In this document: in pieces, positions 38,930-49,387 of the stretch
Layout: every line of letters starts with the position of its first letter
How positions within the stretch are numbered: position 1 is the stretch's first letter
Origin: an uncultured Bacillota bacterium
Lineage (GTDB): Bacteria > Sysuimicrobiota > Sysuimicrobiia > Sysuimicrobiales > Segetimicrobiaceae
DNA: 64,000 nt
Direction: 5' to 3'
Assembly: GCA_963804645.1 (NCBI GenBank)
Contig: CAWDRG010000020.1
Span: 13,279-77,278 of the forward strand
Notes under the pieces: model-generated
Seen by the model: the letters and a program-made list of their open reading frames with translations, nothing else
What the model was told of the DNA's origin: nothing
Database searches by the model: none
Program-made: the position numbers and the translations under genes

Positions 38930-40183
38930 TCAGTCGGGCGAGGCTCGCGAGATCTCTCGGGTCATCCGGGCCATGATCGGGACGGCGACGCCGAACGTCA
39001 GCGCACCGGCGAAGAAGCCCGCCGGAAGCCCATACGCGGCGATGATGAACCCGTACACGACCGGGCTGAACACCGAGGAGATGCGCTGGACGCTCTGCCG
39101 GAGGCCGAACGCCACCCCCCACATGTCCGCGCCGACTGAGCCGACGAGCAGGCTCATCGTCAGAGGCTGCGTGAAGCCCAGGCTCGCGCCCATCAGTCCC
39201 GACGCGGCCATCAGCGGCCAGAAACCGCGGAGCAGCGGCGTGAGGCCGAGCGACGCGCCGGCAAGCGCGGTCGCGGCGAGCAGCAACGGCGCGTAGCCGA
39301 ATTTCTCGACGCCCCGGGTGAGCAGTGAGCGGACGGCCATCGACGCCACGCTCACCGCGGCGATCACGATGCCGATCAGGTCGGCGGAGAGCCCGACGTG
39401 GTGCAGGTACAGCGGGTAGAACGACTGCTGCAGCGTGTTGCCCCACTGTGCCATCGCGGACGCGAATAAGATCCCGGCGACGCCGGGCCGGTGCACGATG
39501 GGGCCGATCAGCGTGTGCGCGTTGGCCAGCGACACGGTGCGGCGCGGCACCGACGGCGCGCGCGTGAGCGCGGCCGTCACGACGAAGCACGGCAGCATCA
39601 CGAGGCCCAGCAGCGCGAACGTGCCGACGTAGCCGAACCGGCCGGCGACGACGCCGCCGACGACCGGCCCGACGACCGCGCCCGCGGAGTTCCAGAGGGC
39701 GTAGTGGCCGTAGTTGCGGACGCGCGTCTCGGGGGTGCTGATCGTGGCCACGATCTGCTGCGGCGCCACCGCGAACCCGATGTTCGCAATACTGAGCAGC
39801 GTGTAGGCGACGGCCACCCACCAGACGCCGTGTAGTCCGACGAGGATCGCTGCGGCGACGGCGAACAGGCCGACCGAGACCTTGGCGACTCCTCCGGGAC
39901 CGCGCTCGTCCACCAGCGCGCCCGCGTGGATCGAGATCAGGAGCGGAACGATGCCCGAGATGCCGATGATGATGCCCACGAGGCCGACGGACGCGCCCTG
40001 CATGACGAGATACAGCGGAATGAACGGGGCCGCGAGGTACCACGCGGCGTTCGACAGGAACTGCAGCGCGCTGTTGTAGGCGAGCAGACGCGGCGCGTTC
40101 GGCGGCGCCCCGCGGGCGCCGTCCGCGCGGGACGCGCCGGGGCGGTCGGGCACCGGTCCGCCGCGGGGGTCCGCGCCGGTCAC
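38930..40183 (-). CDS. MFS transporter
   Basis: About 12 hydrophobic segments; GALVDERG and GVEKFG motif-A-like loops. Confidence 0.85.
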   Translation of the reverse strand: MTGADPRGGPVPDRPGASRADGARGAPPNAPRLLAYNSALQFLSNAAWYLAAPFIPLYLVMQGASVGLVGIIIGISGIVPLLISIHAGALVDERGPGGVAKVSVGLFAVAAAILVGLHGVWWVAVAYTLLSIANIGFAVAPQQIVATISTPETRVRNYGHYALWNSAGAVVGPVVGGVVAGRFGYVGTFALLGLVMLPCFVVTAALTRAPSVPRRTVSLANAHTLIGPIVHRPGVAGILFASAMAQWGNTLQQSFYPLYLHHVGLSADLIGIVIAAVSVASMAVRSLLTRGVEKFGYAPLLLAATALAGASLGLTPLLRGFWPLMAASGLMGASLGFTQPLTMSLLVGSVGADMWGVAFGLRQSVQRISSVFSPVVYGFIIAAYGLPAGFFAGALTFGVAVPIMARMTREISRASPD

Positions 40184-40253
40184 CACGGCGGCGCCGGACG
40201 CGGCCGAACCCTCGGCGGTCTGCGTGCGCTCGGTGTCCGGGGATCCGGCCCGT

Positions 40254-41108
40254 CTACCCGATCGATTCCCAACGCGCGCCGCCGTCGGTACGGACGATCC
40301 GGCCCCACGCCGGGAACCGGTCGTGCGTGAACACCGCGGTCGCCTCCGGCGTCGACGCTTCGGCGATGACACGAGCGCGCGAGGCGCGGAGCGCCGCGAG
40401 ATCGCGGTTGCCTGGTGCCCACTCCGGGTGCGCGACCTCGCACGGGTGGTGGAACAGGTCGCCCAAATAATAGAAGCGCTGCCCGCCGTCGCTCAGGCGG
40501 ACGACGAGGTGGCCGGGGCTCTCTCCCGGGGTCGGGAGCAGGGCGACCCCGGGCACGAGCTCGCGCTCGCCGTCCACGAGGTCGAGCAGGCCGGCCCGCG
40601 CGATCAGCCCGACGCGGACCGAGAGATCGGAGTTCGCGTCGCGGCGCGCGGGGCTCTGCTCCCAATCGGCGCGGCCGATCAGGTGGCGCGCGCGCGGGAA
40701 GCGGGGGGTCAGCCCGCCGCCGGCCTCGAGGGCGACGCCGGCCAGGTGATCCGCGTGCGCGTGGGTGATCACGACGTGGGTCACCGTCTCGGGGCGCACG
40801 CCGATCTCGCGCAGCGCGGCGGTGATGCCCGGCGTCCGCGTCATGCCGGGCCACTTCGCCGCGAACTCATGCTGCCACGCGGAGGTCGGATCGTCGCACA
40901 TGGGATCGACGACGATCGACCCGCCGCCCACCTGCAGATGGACGAAGTTCATGCCCACCGTCAGCTTGCCGTCCGCGTCGGCGTCCGGCATCGCTCGGCG
41001 GCGCTCCTCGTCCGAGATCGGGAACCGGGGGCTCCACTCGAGGGTGCCGTCGGAGATGACGGTGGCCGTGGCCCCACCGATCCTGCGAGATGCGACGAAT
41101 CCGGACAT
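40254..41108 (-). CDS. Metallo-beta-lactamase-fold hydrolase
   Basis: THAHADH, TPGESPGH and GDLFH. The usual GHTPGH His is Glu here. Confidence 0.85.
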   Translation of the reverse strand: MSGFVASRRIGGATATVISDGTLEWSPRFPISDEERRRAMPDADADGKLTVGMNFVHLQVGGGSIVVDPMCDDPTSAWQHEFAAKWPGMTRTPGITAALREIGVRPETVTHVVITHAHADHLAGVALEAGGGLTPRFPRARHLIGRADWEQSPARRDANSDLSVRVGLIARAGLLDLVDGERELVPGVALLPTPGESPGHLVVRLSDGGQRFYYLGDLFHHPCEVAHPEWAPGNRDLAALRASRARVIAEASTPEATAVFTHDRFPAWGRIVRTDGGARWESIG

Positions 41109-41380
41109 GAAGTCGCCTCCTGCGTGCACGTCCCGGCGCTAGGCGCCGGGCGCGAGTCTACCCGCGAACAGGATTCGGGGCGCGAACAGCGAGTCTGTGG
41201 CGTCGCAGAGCGTTGCCGGCGTCACGGCCGGTGCGGCGGTCGCCATGCGGGATGCCTCCAACGGCGTGCTTCGTCCACGCAGGGGTGCCGGTCTGGTGCG
41301 CCCCGGTTCTTCGGGCCGCACCGGCGTTCGTCCTGCGCGTGCCGCAGGGGCGGGCCGCGCCCGAATGGAAGAGACGGCCT

Positions 41381-42463
41381 ATGGCACACTCACCGGCTGG
41401 GACTCCACCGATCTTCGACGGCCACAACGACACCGTGCTCAGTCTGGAGCAGACCGGGCGGTCGTTCTTCGAGCGGTCCGACGAGGGGCACATCGATCTG
41501 CCGCGCGCGCGCGCCGGCGGGCTCGGCGGCGGGTTCTTCGCGGTGTACCTCCGCGATCCCATCGTCGTCGAGCGGATGCGCGAGGGAGGCGCGTCGGCGG
41601 AGATCGCGCTCCGGATGTACGCCGACGAGCGGACGTGGCCCGAGCCGATGCCCCTCGAGTACGCGCAGTCGCAGACCCTTGAGATGCTCGGGCGCCTGCT
41701 GCGGGTCGCGGAGGCGTCGGACGGCCAGGTGCACGTTGTCCGCACCGCCGCCGAGCTGCAGCACGACCTCGACCGCGGTGTGTTTGCGATGCTGCTGCAC
41801 TTCGAGGGCGCCGAGCCGCTCGACCCCGACGGATACGCGCTCGACGTGTTCTACGCGGCCGGCGTCCGGTCGGTCGGCCTTACCCACAGCCGGCGCAACC
41901 GGTACTGCCAGGGCGTGCCGTTCAAGTTTCCGAGTTCCCCCGACCTCGGGCCGGGGCTGAACGACGCCGGGAAGGCGCTGGTCCGCCGGCTCAACGCCCG
42001 GCGGGTGATGATCGACCTGTCGCACCTGAACGAGCGCGGGTTCTGGGACGTGGCGGAGATCAGCGACGCCCCGTTGGTCGCGACGCACTCGAACGCGCAC
42101 GCGCTGACCCCGCATCCCCGCAACCTGACCGACCGGCAGCTCGACGCGATCCGGGATTCCCGGGGTGTCGCCGGCTTGAACTTTCACGTCGGGTTTCTAC
42201 GGCCCGACGGCGCGCACGACGAGCAGACGCCGATCGCCGCGATGGTGGATCACGTCGAGTACATGGTGCGGCGGATGGGGATCGATCACGTGGCCCTCGG
42301 ATCGGACTTCGACGGCGCCACGATGCCGGCGGAGCTGCGCGACGCGGCCGGGCTGCCGGCACTGATCGCGGGGCTCGAGGCGCGCGGCTACCGCGGCGAG
42401 GATCTCCGGAAGCTGGCGCACGGCAACTGGGTGCGCGTGCTGCGCGAGACCTGGGGCGCGTAG
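41381..42463 (+). CDS. Membrane dipeptidase family (peptidase M19)
   Basis: FDGHND, HIDLPR, EGAE, IDLSH, ATHSN and GSDFDG. Confidence 0.92.
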   Translation: MAHSPAGTPPIFDGHNDTVLSLEQTGRSFFERSDEGHIDLPRARAGGLGGGFFAVYLRDPIVVERMREGGASAEIALRMYADERTWPEPMPLEYAQSQTLEMLGRLLRVAEASDGQVHVVRTAAELQHDLDRGVFAMLLHFEGAEPLDPDGYALDVFYAAGVRSVGLTHSRRNRYCQGVPFKFPSSPDLGPGLNDAGKALVRRLNARRVMIDLSHLNERGFWDVAEISDAPLVATHSNAHALTPHPRNLTDRQLDAIRDSRGVAGLNFHVGFLRPDGAHDEQTPIAAMVDHVEYMVRRMGIDHVALGSDFDGATMPAELRDAAGLPALIAGLEARGYRGEDLRKLAHGNWVRVLRETWGA

Positions 42464-42473
42464 CGGCCGGGGG

Positions 42474-43022
42474 TCAGGCCCGCAGCTTTTCCCGGTAGTG
42501 CTCCCGGAACTTGGCCACCTTCGGGGCGATCACCATTTGGCAGTACGGCTGCCGGCCGTTGTTCGCGAAATACTCCTGATGGTAGTCTTCGGCCTTGTAG
42601 AACGTCGTGAACGGCGTGAGTTCGGTCACGACGTGGTTGCGCCACAGCTTGGCGTCGGTCAGCGCCTTGATCACCTGCTCCGCCACGGCCTTCTGCTCCG
42701 GCGTGTGGTAGAACACCACGGACCGGTACTGCGTGCCCGTGTCCCCGCCCTGGCGGTTCAGCGTCGTCGGGTCGTGCGTGGTGAAGAACACCTCAAGGAT
42801 CTCCGTGAGTGACACCACGGCGGGGTCGAATGTCACCTGGACGACCTCGGCGTGCCCCGTGGCGCCGCCGCACACCTGCTGGTAGGTCGGGTTCGGGACC
42901 GTGCCACCCGCGTACCCGGACTCGACTTTGGTGACGCCCCGCAGTTCCGAGAAGACCGCCTCCGTGCACCAGAAGCAGCCTCCGCCGAGTGTAATGACCT
43001 CGTTCCTATGTTCCTGATTCAC
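42474..43022 (-). CDS. msrA: Peptide-methionine (S)-sulfoxide reductase
   Basis: GGGCFWCTEA, GHAE, HDPT, QYRS and AEDYHQ. Confidence 0.96.
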   Translation of the reverse strand: MNQEHRNEVITLGGGCFWCTEAVFSELRGVTKVESGYAGGTVPNPTYQQVCGGATGHAEVVQVTFDPAVVSLTEILEVFFTTHDPTTLNRQGGDTGTQYRSVVFYHTPEQKAVAEQVIKALTDAKLWRNHVVTELTPFTTFYKAEDYHQEYFANNGRQPYCQMVIAPKVAKFREHYREKLRA

Positions 43023-43106
43023 CGCCGTCTCCTCCGTCCGCGCCGCGCTGGGTCGCCGCGATTTTGTTCTAGCATACCGCAGCGCGCGCGGGCGCGCCCG
43101 CGGAGG

Positions 43107-45806
43107 TCAGCGAGTCTGCTGGAACGCCGCCTGCCGTCCGACCTCGAGGAACTGGCCGGCATCGACACGGCCGAACAGGCGGATGAGCTCGGCGATGCAG
43201 CCCGTCCAGCCGGTTTGGTGGCTGGCCCCGAGCCCCGCGCCGTTGTCGCCGTGAAAATACTCGTAGAACAGCACGAGATCGCGCCAGTGGGGGTCGGTCT
43301 GGAACGTCTCGGTGCCGCCGTACACCGGCCGCCGTCCGCGCGCGTCGCGCGTGAAGATCGCCGTGAGGCGCGCGGCGATCTCGCGGGCCACCTCGTACAG
43401 ATTCATCAGTCGGCCCGAGCCCGTGGGACACTCGACCTTGAACGTGTCGCCGTAGTACGTGTAGAACTGCAGCAGCGCGCGGATCAGCACGACGTTGACC
43501 GGCATCCAGATCGGCCCGCGCCAGTTCGAGTTGCCGCCGAACATGCCGGTGTCGGACTCGGCCGGCAGGTAGGCCACGCGAAACTCGTCGCCCCCGACGC
43601 GGAAGACGTACGGGTGCTCGAGGTGGGCGCGCGACACCGCGCGGATGCCGTAGGGGCTCAGGAACTCCCTCTCGTCGAGCATCCGCGCCAGGACCCGCCG
43701 GAGACGGTCGGGGGCGACGACGGCGAAGATCCCGCGGTCGCCGTACCCGAGATGCCCCGGGCCGGTCGGGTGGATGCCGCGGAGCAGTTCGGGCATCCTG
43801 CGGACGCGCTGCTCGAACGCGGCCGTGAGCCGCGGCACGCGGTCCCGCTGCCACGGCTCGATGACGGTCGTGGCGCAGAGCGGAAGGAGGCCCACCATCG
43901 AGCGCACCTTCAGGCGGGTCGTCGTGCCGTCGGGCAGGTGCAGGACGTCGTAGTAGAAGCCGTCCTCTTCGTCCCACATGCCGTCGCGCCCGACCTGATT
44001 CATCGCGCGCGCGATCCAGAGAAACTGGTCGACGAACTTGGCCGCCAAGTCCTCGTAGACGGGATCGGAGGCGGCGATCTCCACCGCGATCTCGAGCATG
44101 TTCTGGCAAAACATCGCCATCCAGGCCGTGCCGTCCGCCTGCTCCAGGTGGCCGCCGGTCGGCAGCGGTGCGGAGCGGTCGAAGACGCCGATGTTGTCGA
44201 GCCCGAGAAATCCGCCGTTGAAGAGGTTGTTGCCTGACGGGTCCTTGCGGTTGACCCACCAGCCGAAGTTGGAGAGCAGCTTTCCGAACGCGTGTTTCAT
44301 GAAGGTGAGATCGCCCCGCCCGTACTGCGCCTGTTCCATCCGGTAGAGGTAGAGCGTCGCCCAGGCATGGACCGGCGGATTCACGTCCCCGAAGTTCCAC
44401 TCGTAGGCCGGGATCTGTCCCGTCGGATGCACGTACATCTCGCGGAGCATCAGGTCGAGCTGCTCCTTGGCGAACTCGACGTCGATCCCCGCGAGGGTGA
44501 TCGTGTGGAACGCGAGGTCCCACGCCGCGTACCACGGGTACTCCCATTTGTCCGGCATGGAGATCACATGACTGTTGATCATGTGGCCCCAGTCGCGGTT
44601 CCTCACCATCCGCCGCTCGGCGGCGAACGGATCGGCGCCGTGCTCGGCGAGCCAACTGCGGACGTCGAGGAAGTAATACTGCTTGCTCCACAGCATGCCC
44701 GCGAACGCCTGCCGCATGACGCGCGCCGCGTCGTCGCCCACGGCGGGAGGCGTGGCCGCGCGGTAGAACTCGTCGGCGTCAGCTCGCCGCGCAGTAACCG
44801 TTGCCTCGAACGCGGCGAACGGGTCAGGCATGTCCGCCGGCGCGACGTCTGACAGCCGCAGCCGCAGCACGACCTCGTGTCCGGGCTCGACCCGCAGATC
44901 GTAGTGCGCAGCGGCTTTGGTGCCGGTCGCCTCGGAGTTGACCGCGTCGCGCTCACCCTGCACGACGTAGCGGCCGATCCCGTCCTTGACGAACGAGGTT
45001 GCGTTCGCCGTCCCGAAGAGGCGCTCGGCGTTCGTCTCGTTCTCGGTGAACAACAGCGGCACGGCGCCCTCGACGTATAGCCACCGCTCGCCCAGGTCCG
45101 GGTGTGACGCGGCGATCACGCGCGCGCCCATCGGCGCCGCAGTCTCGCGCAGTACCGGCTTCGGCGTCTCCGGCCACCACGTCCACGTGTTTCGGAACCA
45201 GAGGGAGGGGAGCACGTGCAGCGTCGCGGCCTCCGGGCCGCGGTTCGCGACGGTGATGCGGATCAACACGTCCTCAGGAGTGCGCTTTGCATATTCCACG
45301 AACACATCGAAGTACCGGTCCTCCGCGAACACGCCCGTGTCCAGAAGTTCGTACTCGAAGTCCTCGCGGGACCGGCGCCGGTTGGTCTCCACCAGGTCCG
45401 CGTACGGGTACGCGCGCTGCGGATACTTGTAGAGCCATTTCATGTACGAGTGCGTTGGCGTGGAGTCGAGGTAGAAATAATACTCCTTGACGTCCTCGCC
45501 GTGGTTGGCCTCTGCATTGGTGAGCCCGAACAGCCGCTCCTTGAGGATGGGGTCGCGGCCGTTCCACAGGGCGAGGGCGAAGCACAGGCGCTGCCCGTCA
45601 TCGCTGAACCCCGCGAGGCCGTCCTCGCCCCAGTGATACGCGCGCGACCGTGCCTGGTCGTGGGTGAAATAACTCCAGGCGTCACCGGTCTCGCTGTAGT
45701 CCTCGCGGACCGTGCCCCACTGGCGTTCGCTCAGGTAGGGACCCCACCTCCGCCAGGGCACACCTTTCGTTCGGGCGTCCTCGAGGCGCTGCTGCTCCGT
45801 GTTCAT
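43107..45806 (-). CDS. MGH1-like glycoside hydrolase (GH63-related)
   Basis: [37 protein letters not shown] and GASHQTGWT. Confidence 0.92.
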   Translation of the reverse strand: MNTEQQRLEDARTKGVPWRRWGPYLSERQWGTVREDYSETGDAWSYFTHDQARSRAYHWGEDGLAGFSDDGQRLCFALALWNGRDPILKERLFGLTNAEANHGEDVKEYYFYLDSTPTHSYMKWLYKYPQRAYPYADLVETNRRRSREDFEYELLDTGVFAEDRYFDVFVEYAKRTPEDVLIRITVANRGPEAATLHVLPSLWFRNTWTWWPETPKPVLRETAAPMGARVIAASHPDLGERWLYVEGAVPLLFTENETNAERLFGTANATSFVKDGIGRYVVQGERDAVNSEATGTKAAAHYDLRVEPGHEVVLRLRLSDVAPADMPDPFAAFEATVTARRADADEFYRAATPPAVGDDAARVMRQAFAGMLWSKQYYFLDVRSWLAEHGADPFAAERRMVRNRDWGHMINSHVISMPDKWEYPWYAAWDLAFHTITLAGIDVEFAKEQLDLMLREMYVHPTGQIPAYEWNFGDVNPPVHAWATLYLYRMEQAQYGRGDLTFMKHAFGKLLSNFGWWVNRKDPSGNNLFNGGFLGLDNIGVFDRSAPLPTGGHLEQADGTAWMAMFCQNMLEIAVEIAASDPVYEDLAAKFVDQFLWIARAMNQVGRDGMWDEEDGFYYDVLHLPDGTTTRLKVRSMVGLLPLCATTVIEPWQRDRVPRLTAAFEQRVRRMPELLRGIHPTGPGHLGYGDRGIFAVVAPDRLRRVLARMLDEREFLSPYGIRAVSRAHLEHPYVFRVGGDEFRVAYLPAESDTGMFGGNSNWRGPIWMPVNVVLIRALLQFYTYYGDTFKVECPTGSGRLMNLYEVAREIAARLTAIFTRDARGRRPVYGGTETFQTDPHWRDLVLFYEYFHGDNGAGLGASHQTGWTGCIAELIRLFGRVDAGQFLEVGRQAAFQQTR

Positions 45807-46038
45807 GACTAATCTCCCATCGTCCTGATGGCGGCCGAGCCGGCCGCGCACCGTGCCTCGCCAGGCCGCGCGTCCGCGCGAATCTGGCCTCGCGCTCTTC
45901 GAGCCGGGAGAGGGCGGGCACCTGCGTCGTCCACGACGGCGATCACGGAGCGCGACCAGGAACGTATCGAGATCGTCGCGGCGGTCAGCCGCTCGGTCCG
46001 ACCCCTGCGTCCATCATCGCCGCGATCCCAGCGGCGTG

Positions 46039-47175
46039 CTAACGGCGCCGGCCGATCCCGTAGAGGTCCGCCGCGTTGTCGTGCAGCAGCCGCCAGGCCA
46101 GGGGCAGGCGGTCCGCCGACGGGAGATACCCGCGTGCCTCGAGGGCATCGGCGGCGGTGTGCAGCGCCTGCCGCGCGTGGTGGGCGCCGAGCCAGAATAG
46201 TTCCGGGATCGAGAAGGCGTCCGTCGCGAGGAGCACCTTCGTTGCCGGTGCGGCCGCCAGTGCGTCCGCGATCTCGTCCGCGGCGCGATGTGCCAGAAAC
46301 GGGATGGTGAGCGAGAGGTCGATGTAGATGTGCGGGTAGACGGCGGCCAGCCACGCGGCTTCGCTGACGTACGGATGGCAGTGCAGCAGCACGAGCGGCG
46401 CTCCGCGCAGCGCGGGGTCCTCGATGATCGGACGGAGCCCTACCGGGTTGACCAAGCGCAGGTCCAGGTCATGATCGCCGAACCCGGCGTGGACCTGCAC
46501 CGGCAGCCGGCGCCGAGCCGCGATCTCGAGCGCCCTGCGGAGCAGCGTGTCCAGGATGGGCTTGCACTGGAGGCGGCGCCGCCCGGCCCGGAACTCCTCG
46601 CGGGTCGTGCGGAACGCCCGGCCGAGCTGATCGGCATCCCACCGGTCGATCACGAGCCCGGTCCGGTACGCGATGATCGTCTTGAGCGCCCACAGGTCGC
46701 CGGCCGCGGCCGTCTCGACCTCGGCCGCGAACCGGGCCTCGAGGTCCGGCCAATCCGAGGCGTCGCCGGTCAGGCGCTCGGCGAGCGTCTCCAGGCGGAG
46801 TACCGGGAAGACGGGGCACGGGAGCAGCGCGCGCAGGCCGCTGAGATCGACGTAGTCGTCCACACGCAGCCCGAGATCCGCCAGCACGCCGGCGATGCCG
46901 GCATCCGCGAACATCTCCGCGACCAGCCGGTCGAACGGCCGGCGGGTCCGCGCGTCCAGCACCGCGTCCTCGGTCGGCGCACACTCGAAGAACACCGCGA
47001 GATCACGCAGCGCCCGCCGGTAAAACAGGCTCCACGGCACGTGCCGGTCGATGATCTCGGGGGCGAAGCTCTCGGTGAAGCATGCGCGGTACTCGTGCAC
47101 CGTAGCCGGCTGGCGGCGCAACAGCGAATGCGCGTGCTGGTCGAGCAGCGGCACTCCGGCGAATGGGCTGGCCAT
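46039..47175 (-). CDS. Amidohydrolase, FluG/nodulin N-terminal-like
   Basis: DQHAH, KTIIAYRTGL, QVHAGFGDHDL, LLH and ATDA. Confidence 0.88.
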   Translation of the reverse strand: MASPFAGVPLLDQHAHSLLRRQPATVHEYRACFTESFAPEIIDRHVPWSLFYRRALRDLAVFFECAPTEDAVLDARTRRPFDRLVAEMFADAGIAGVLADLGLRVDDYVDLSGLRALLPCPVFPVLRLETLAERLTGDASDWPDLEARFAAEVETAAAGDLWALKTIIAYRTGLVIDRWDADQLGRAFRTTREEFRAGRRRLQCKPILDTLLRRALEIAARRRLPVQVHAGFGDHDLDLRLVNPVGLRPIIEDPALRGAPLVLLHCHPYVSEAAWLAAVYPHIYIDLSLTIPFLAHRAADEIADALAAAPATKVLLATDAFSIPELFWLGAHHARQALHTAADALEARGYLPSADRLPLAWRLLHDNAADLYGIGRRR

Positions 47176-48509
47176 CAGTACTTGAAGAGGTGCTGCTGGA
47201 CCTGCGTCTCAAACGGGATGCTGCGCAGCGCCTCCCACTCGCCGCGGCGCACGGCGACGTACGACCGCGCGAGCGGCGCGCCGAGCGCGTCGAGCAGCAC
47301 CGGGTCCGCTTCGAGGGCGGCGATCGCCTGGCCGAGGCCCGCGGGCAGCGGCACGATCCCGCGGGCGACGCGGTCCCCCTCGGGCAGCAGGGCCGGGTCC
47401 CCGTCGATGGGGGTGCCGGGAGACAGTTCGCGCCGCAGGCCGTCGAGCCCCGCGGCGATGGCGCCGGCGAGCGCCAGGTACGGGTTGGCACTACCGTCCG
47501 CCGTCTTCAGTTCGACGTTGAACGAGCCGGGGCCGCGCCGCGGGGTGACGATCCGGACCGCCGCCTCGCGGTTGTCGAGGCCGTAGCAGGTGAACGCGCC
47601 CGCCCACGCGTGGGGCCTGAGACGCGCGTAGGAGTTGACGGACGGGGCGATCAGCGCGCACAGCCCCGGCAGATGGTGGACCAGCCCGGCGACCCAGGCG
47701 CTGCCTTCGCGCGACAAATAGAGCGGGTCGTGGGGATCGTACAGGATGTTGCGCCCGTCCCGCCACACGCTCAGGTGGAGGTGGCACCCGCTGCCGGCCG
47801 AGTTCGGCAGCGGCTTGGGGGCGAACGACGCGGCGGCGTCGCGGCGGTAGGCCACTCCCCGCACCGCGTCGCGGAGCAGCACGTGCCGGTCGGCGGCGCC
47901 GAGGGCCGCCGCGTGATCGATCGACACCTCGAACTGGCCCGGCCCCGACTCCGGGTACACGAGCTCCACGCGAAGCCGCATCGCCGCGAGCGTGTCCACC
48001 AGTTCCCGGATGAATGTGTGGGCGAGGTCGTGCGCGGCGGTCATCGCGAAGTTCGTGCGGTCGATCGGCACCCATTCGCCGCCCGCCTCGCGCATCAGGT
48101 AGAACTCCGGTTCGAACGCGGCTTGGATCTCGAGCCCCGCGGCGGCCGCCGCGGCGACGGCGCGCCGGAGGCACCCGCGCGGGCAGTGCTCCCACGGCGC
48201 ATTTGCCGCGGTGACGAAGTCCCCCAGCATCGTGGCGGCGCCGGCGCTGTAGGGCAGCGGCGTGAACGTCTCCGGGTCGGGCACGAGCCAGGTCTCACCG
48301 GCCGGCGTGATCCCGCTGGCCGGCAGGACGACGTCCCCCATGATGGGCAGGGCCTGCTGCGCGACGCTGAAGCCGATGCCGTCGCGCAGGACGGCCTCAA
48401 GCCCGTCGAGCGGGACTGCTTTCGCTCGGATGAGATTGGCGTTGTCGCAGTACGCGATCCGGACAAGCGCGACGCCCGCGGAGCGGGCGCGTTCCACCAG
48501 GGACTCCAT
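47175..48509 (-). CDS. Glutamine synthetase-like (gamma-glutamyl ligase), FluG C-terminal-like
   Basis: FEPEF, GPGQFE, GSGCHLHLS, NSYARL, DNRE and ELKTADGSANPY. Confidence 0.9.
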   Translation of the reverse strand: MESLVERARSAGVALVRIAYCDNANLIRAKAVPLDGLEAVLRDGIGFSVAQQALPIMGDVVLPASGITPAGETWLVPDPETFTPLPYSAGAATMLGDFVTAANAPWEHCPRGCLRRAVAAAAAAGLEIQAAFEPEFYLMREAGGEWVPIDRTNFAMTAAHDLAHTFIRELVDTLAAMRLRVELVYPESGPGQFEVSIDHAAALGAADRHVLLRDAVRGVAYRRDAAASFAPKPLPNSAGSGCHLHLSVWRDGRNILYDPHDPLYLSREGSAWVAGLVHHLPGLCALIAPSVNSYARLRPHAWAGAFTCYGLDNREAAVRIVTPRRGPGSFNVELKTADGSANPYLALAGAIAAGLDGLRRELSPGTPIDGDPALLPEGDRVARGIVPLPAGLGQAIAALEADPVLLDALGAPLARSYVAVRRGEWEALRSIPFETQVQQHLFKY

Positions 48510-48654
48510 GGGCTACCACTTCGTGGGGCAGCGCTGCGTTACCCCCCGGTGCATCGGACGGCGCGGCCGCGGTGCGGCGTGACGCGCACGCGGTCTTGGG
48601 GAATAGTTCGTGCGTGAGGCGGGGGACTTCCGCAGGCACGGGATGGTGAGGCAG

Positions 48655-49128
48655 ATGACGGTCCGGGGTCGTGTCCTGATTCTCGCAGCGCTCGTCGTGA
48701 TCGCGGCGTTCTCGGCGGTCGCCTGGCAGACCGGCCGGGCGCCGCGGCTTCACGCGGCTGGGGACGCCTCCGCGCCCCGGGGAACGGTCACGGCGGCGCG
48801 CGGCCTCGGTCCTGCCCGGAGCGCGTCCGCGGCGCCGGCATCCGTGTCGGCAGCCGCGAGGGGACCTCAGCCGGCCGCCGCCGCGCGGCCCTCGAGCGCG
48901 ACCTCGGCGAGGACGTCGTCCCCGGCACCCCAACGGCGTACTGTGCACGTGGTGTATCCGTACCATGTCCCGAACGTCACGTATGAAATGCGTTCCGCAT
49001 CGCCGCCGCCGGCCCCCGTGTCGTGGGTGAGCTGCCCGAACATGCCGTGCGCGGGCGCCTCGTGCCCGGACTCGACACCCTGTCTGTCACGCGCATGCTC
49101 GCACGTCCTGACCTGCCCGCCGCAGTAG
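48655..49128 (+). CDS. Exported protein with low-complexity linker and six-cysteine C-terminus
   Basis: N-terminal TM/signal; A/P/S/R linker; terminal CPNMPCAGASCPDSTPCLSRACSHVLTCPPQ. Confidence 0.6.
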   Translation: MTVRGRVLILAALVVIAAFSAVAWQTGRAPRLHAAGDASAPRGTVTAARGLGPARSASAAPASVSAAARGPQPAAAARPSSATSARTSSPAPQRRTVHVVYPYHVPNVTYEMRSASPPPAPVSWVSCPNMPCAGASCPDSTPCLSRACSHVLTCPPQ

Positions 49129-49387
49129 GGCCGGCATCCCAGGCGGCGCACGGCATCCACCGGGGGCGCGTCGCGCGTGCGTGCATTGACGACGAAGTGA
49201 GTGCGTGCGCGGGCTCGTGCGCGCACTCGCCCGTCATCAGTGGTCATACCGACCCACGAGCGTCCCTCGGGGAGAAGCGCAGGGGTTTGCCCTCCCGCGC
49301 GAGAATGTAACAAGTTTGTATGCAATCACGGTCGCACGCGGCACACGCGTGTGGGATCCGCATCGCGCAATAGCGGGGGGGTATTTG

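Noticed and set aside
47175..48509. Calling the gene glnA or egtA
   Set aside because: Motifs and coupling to a nodulin-like amidohydrolase fit FluG-like proteins rather than housekeeping glutamine synthetase.
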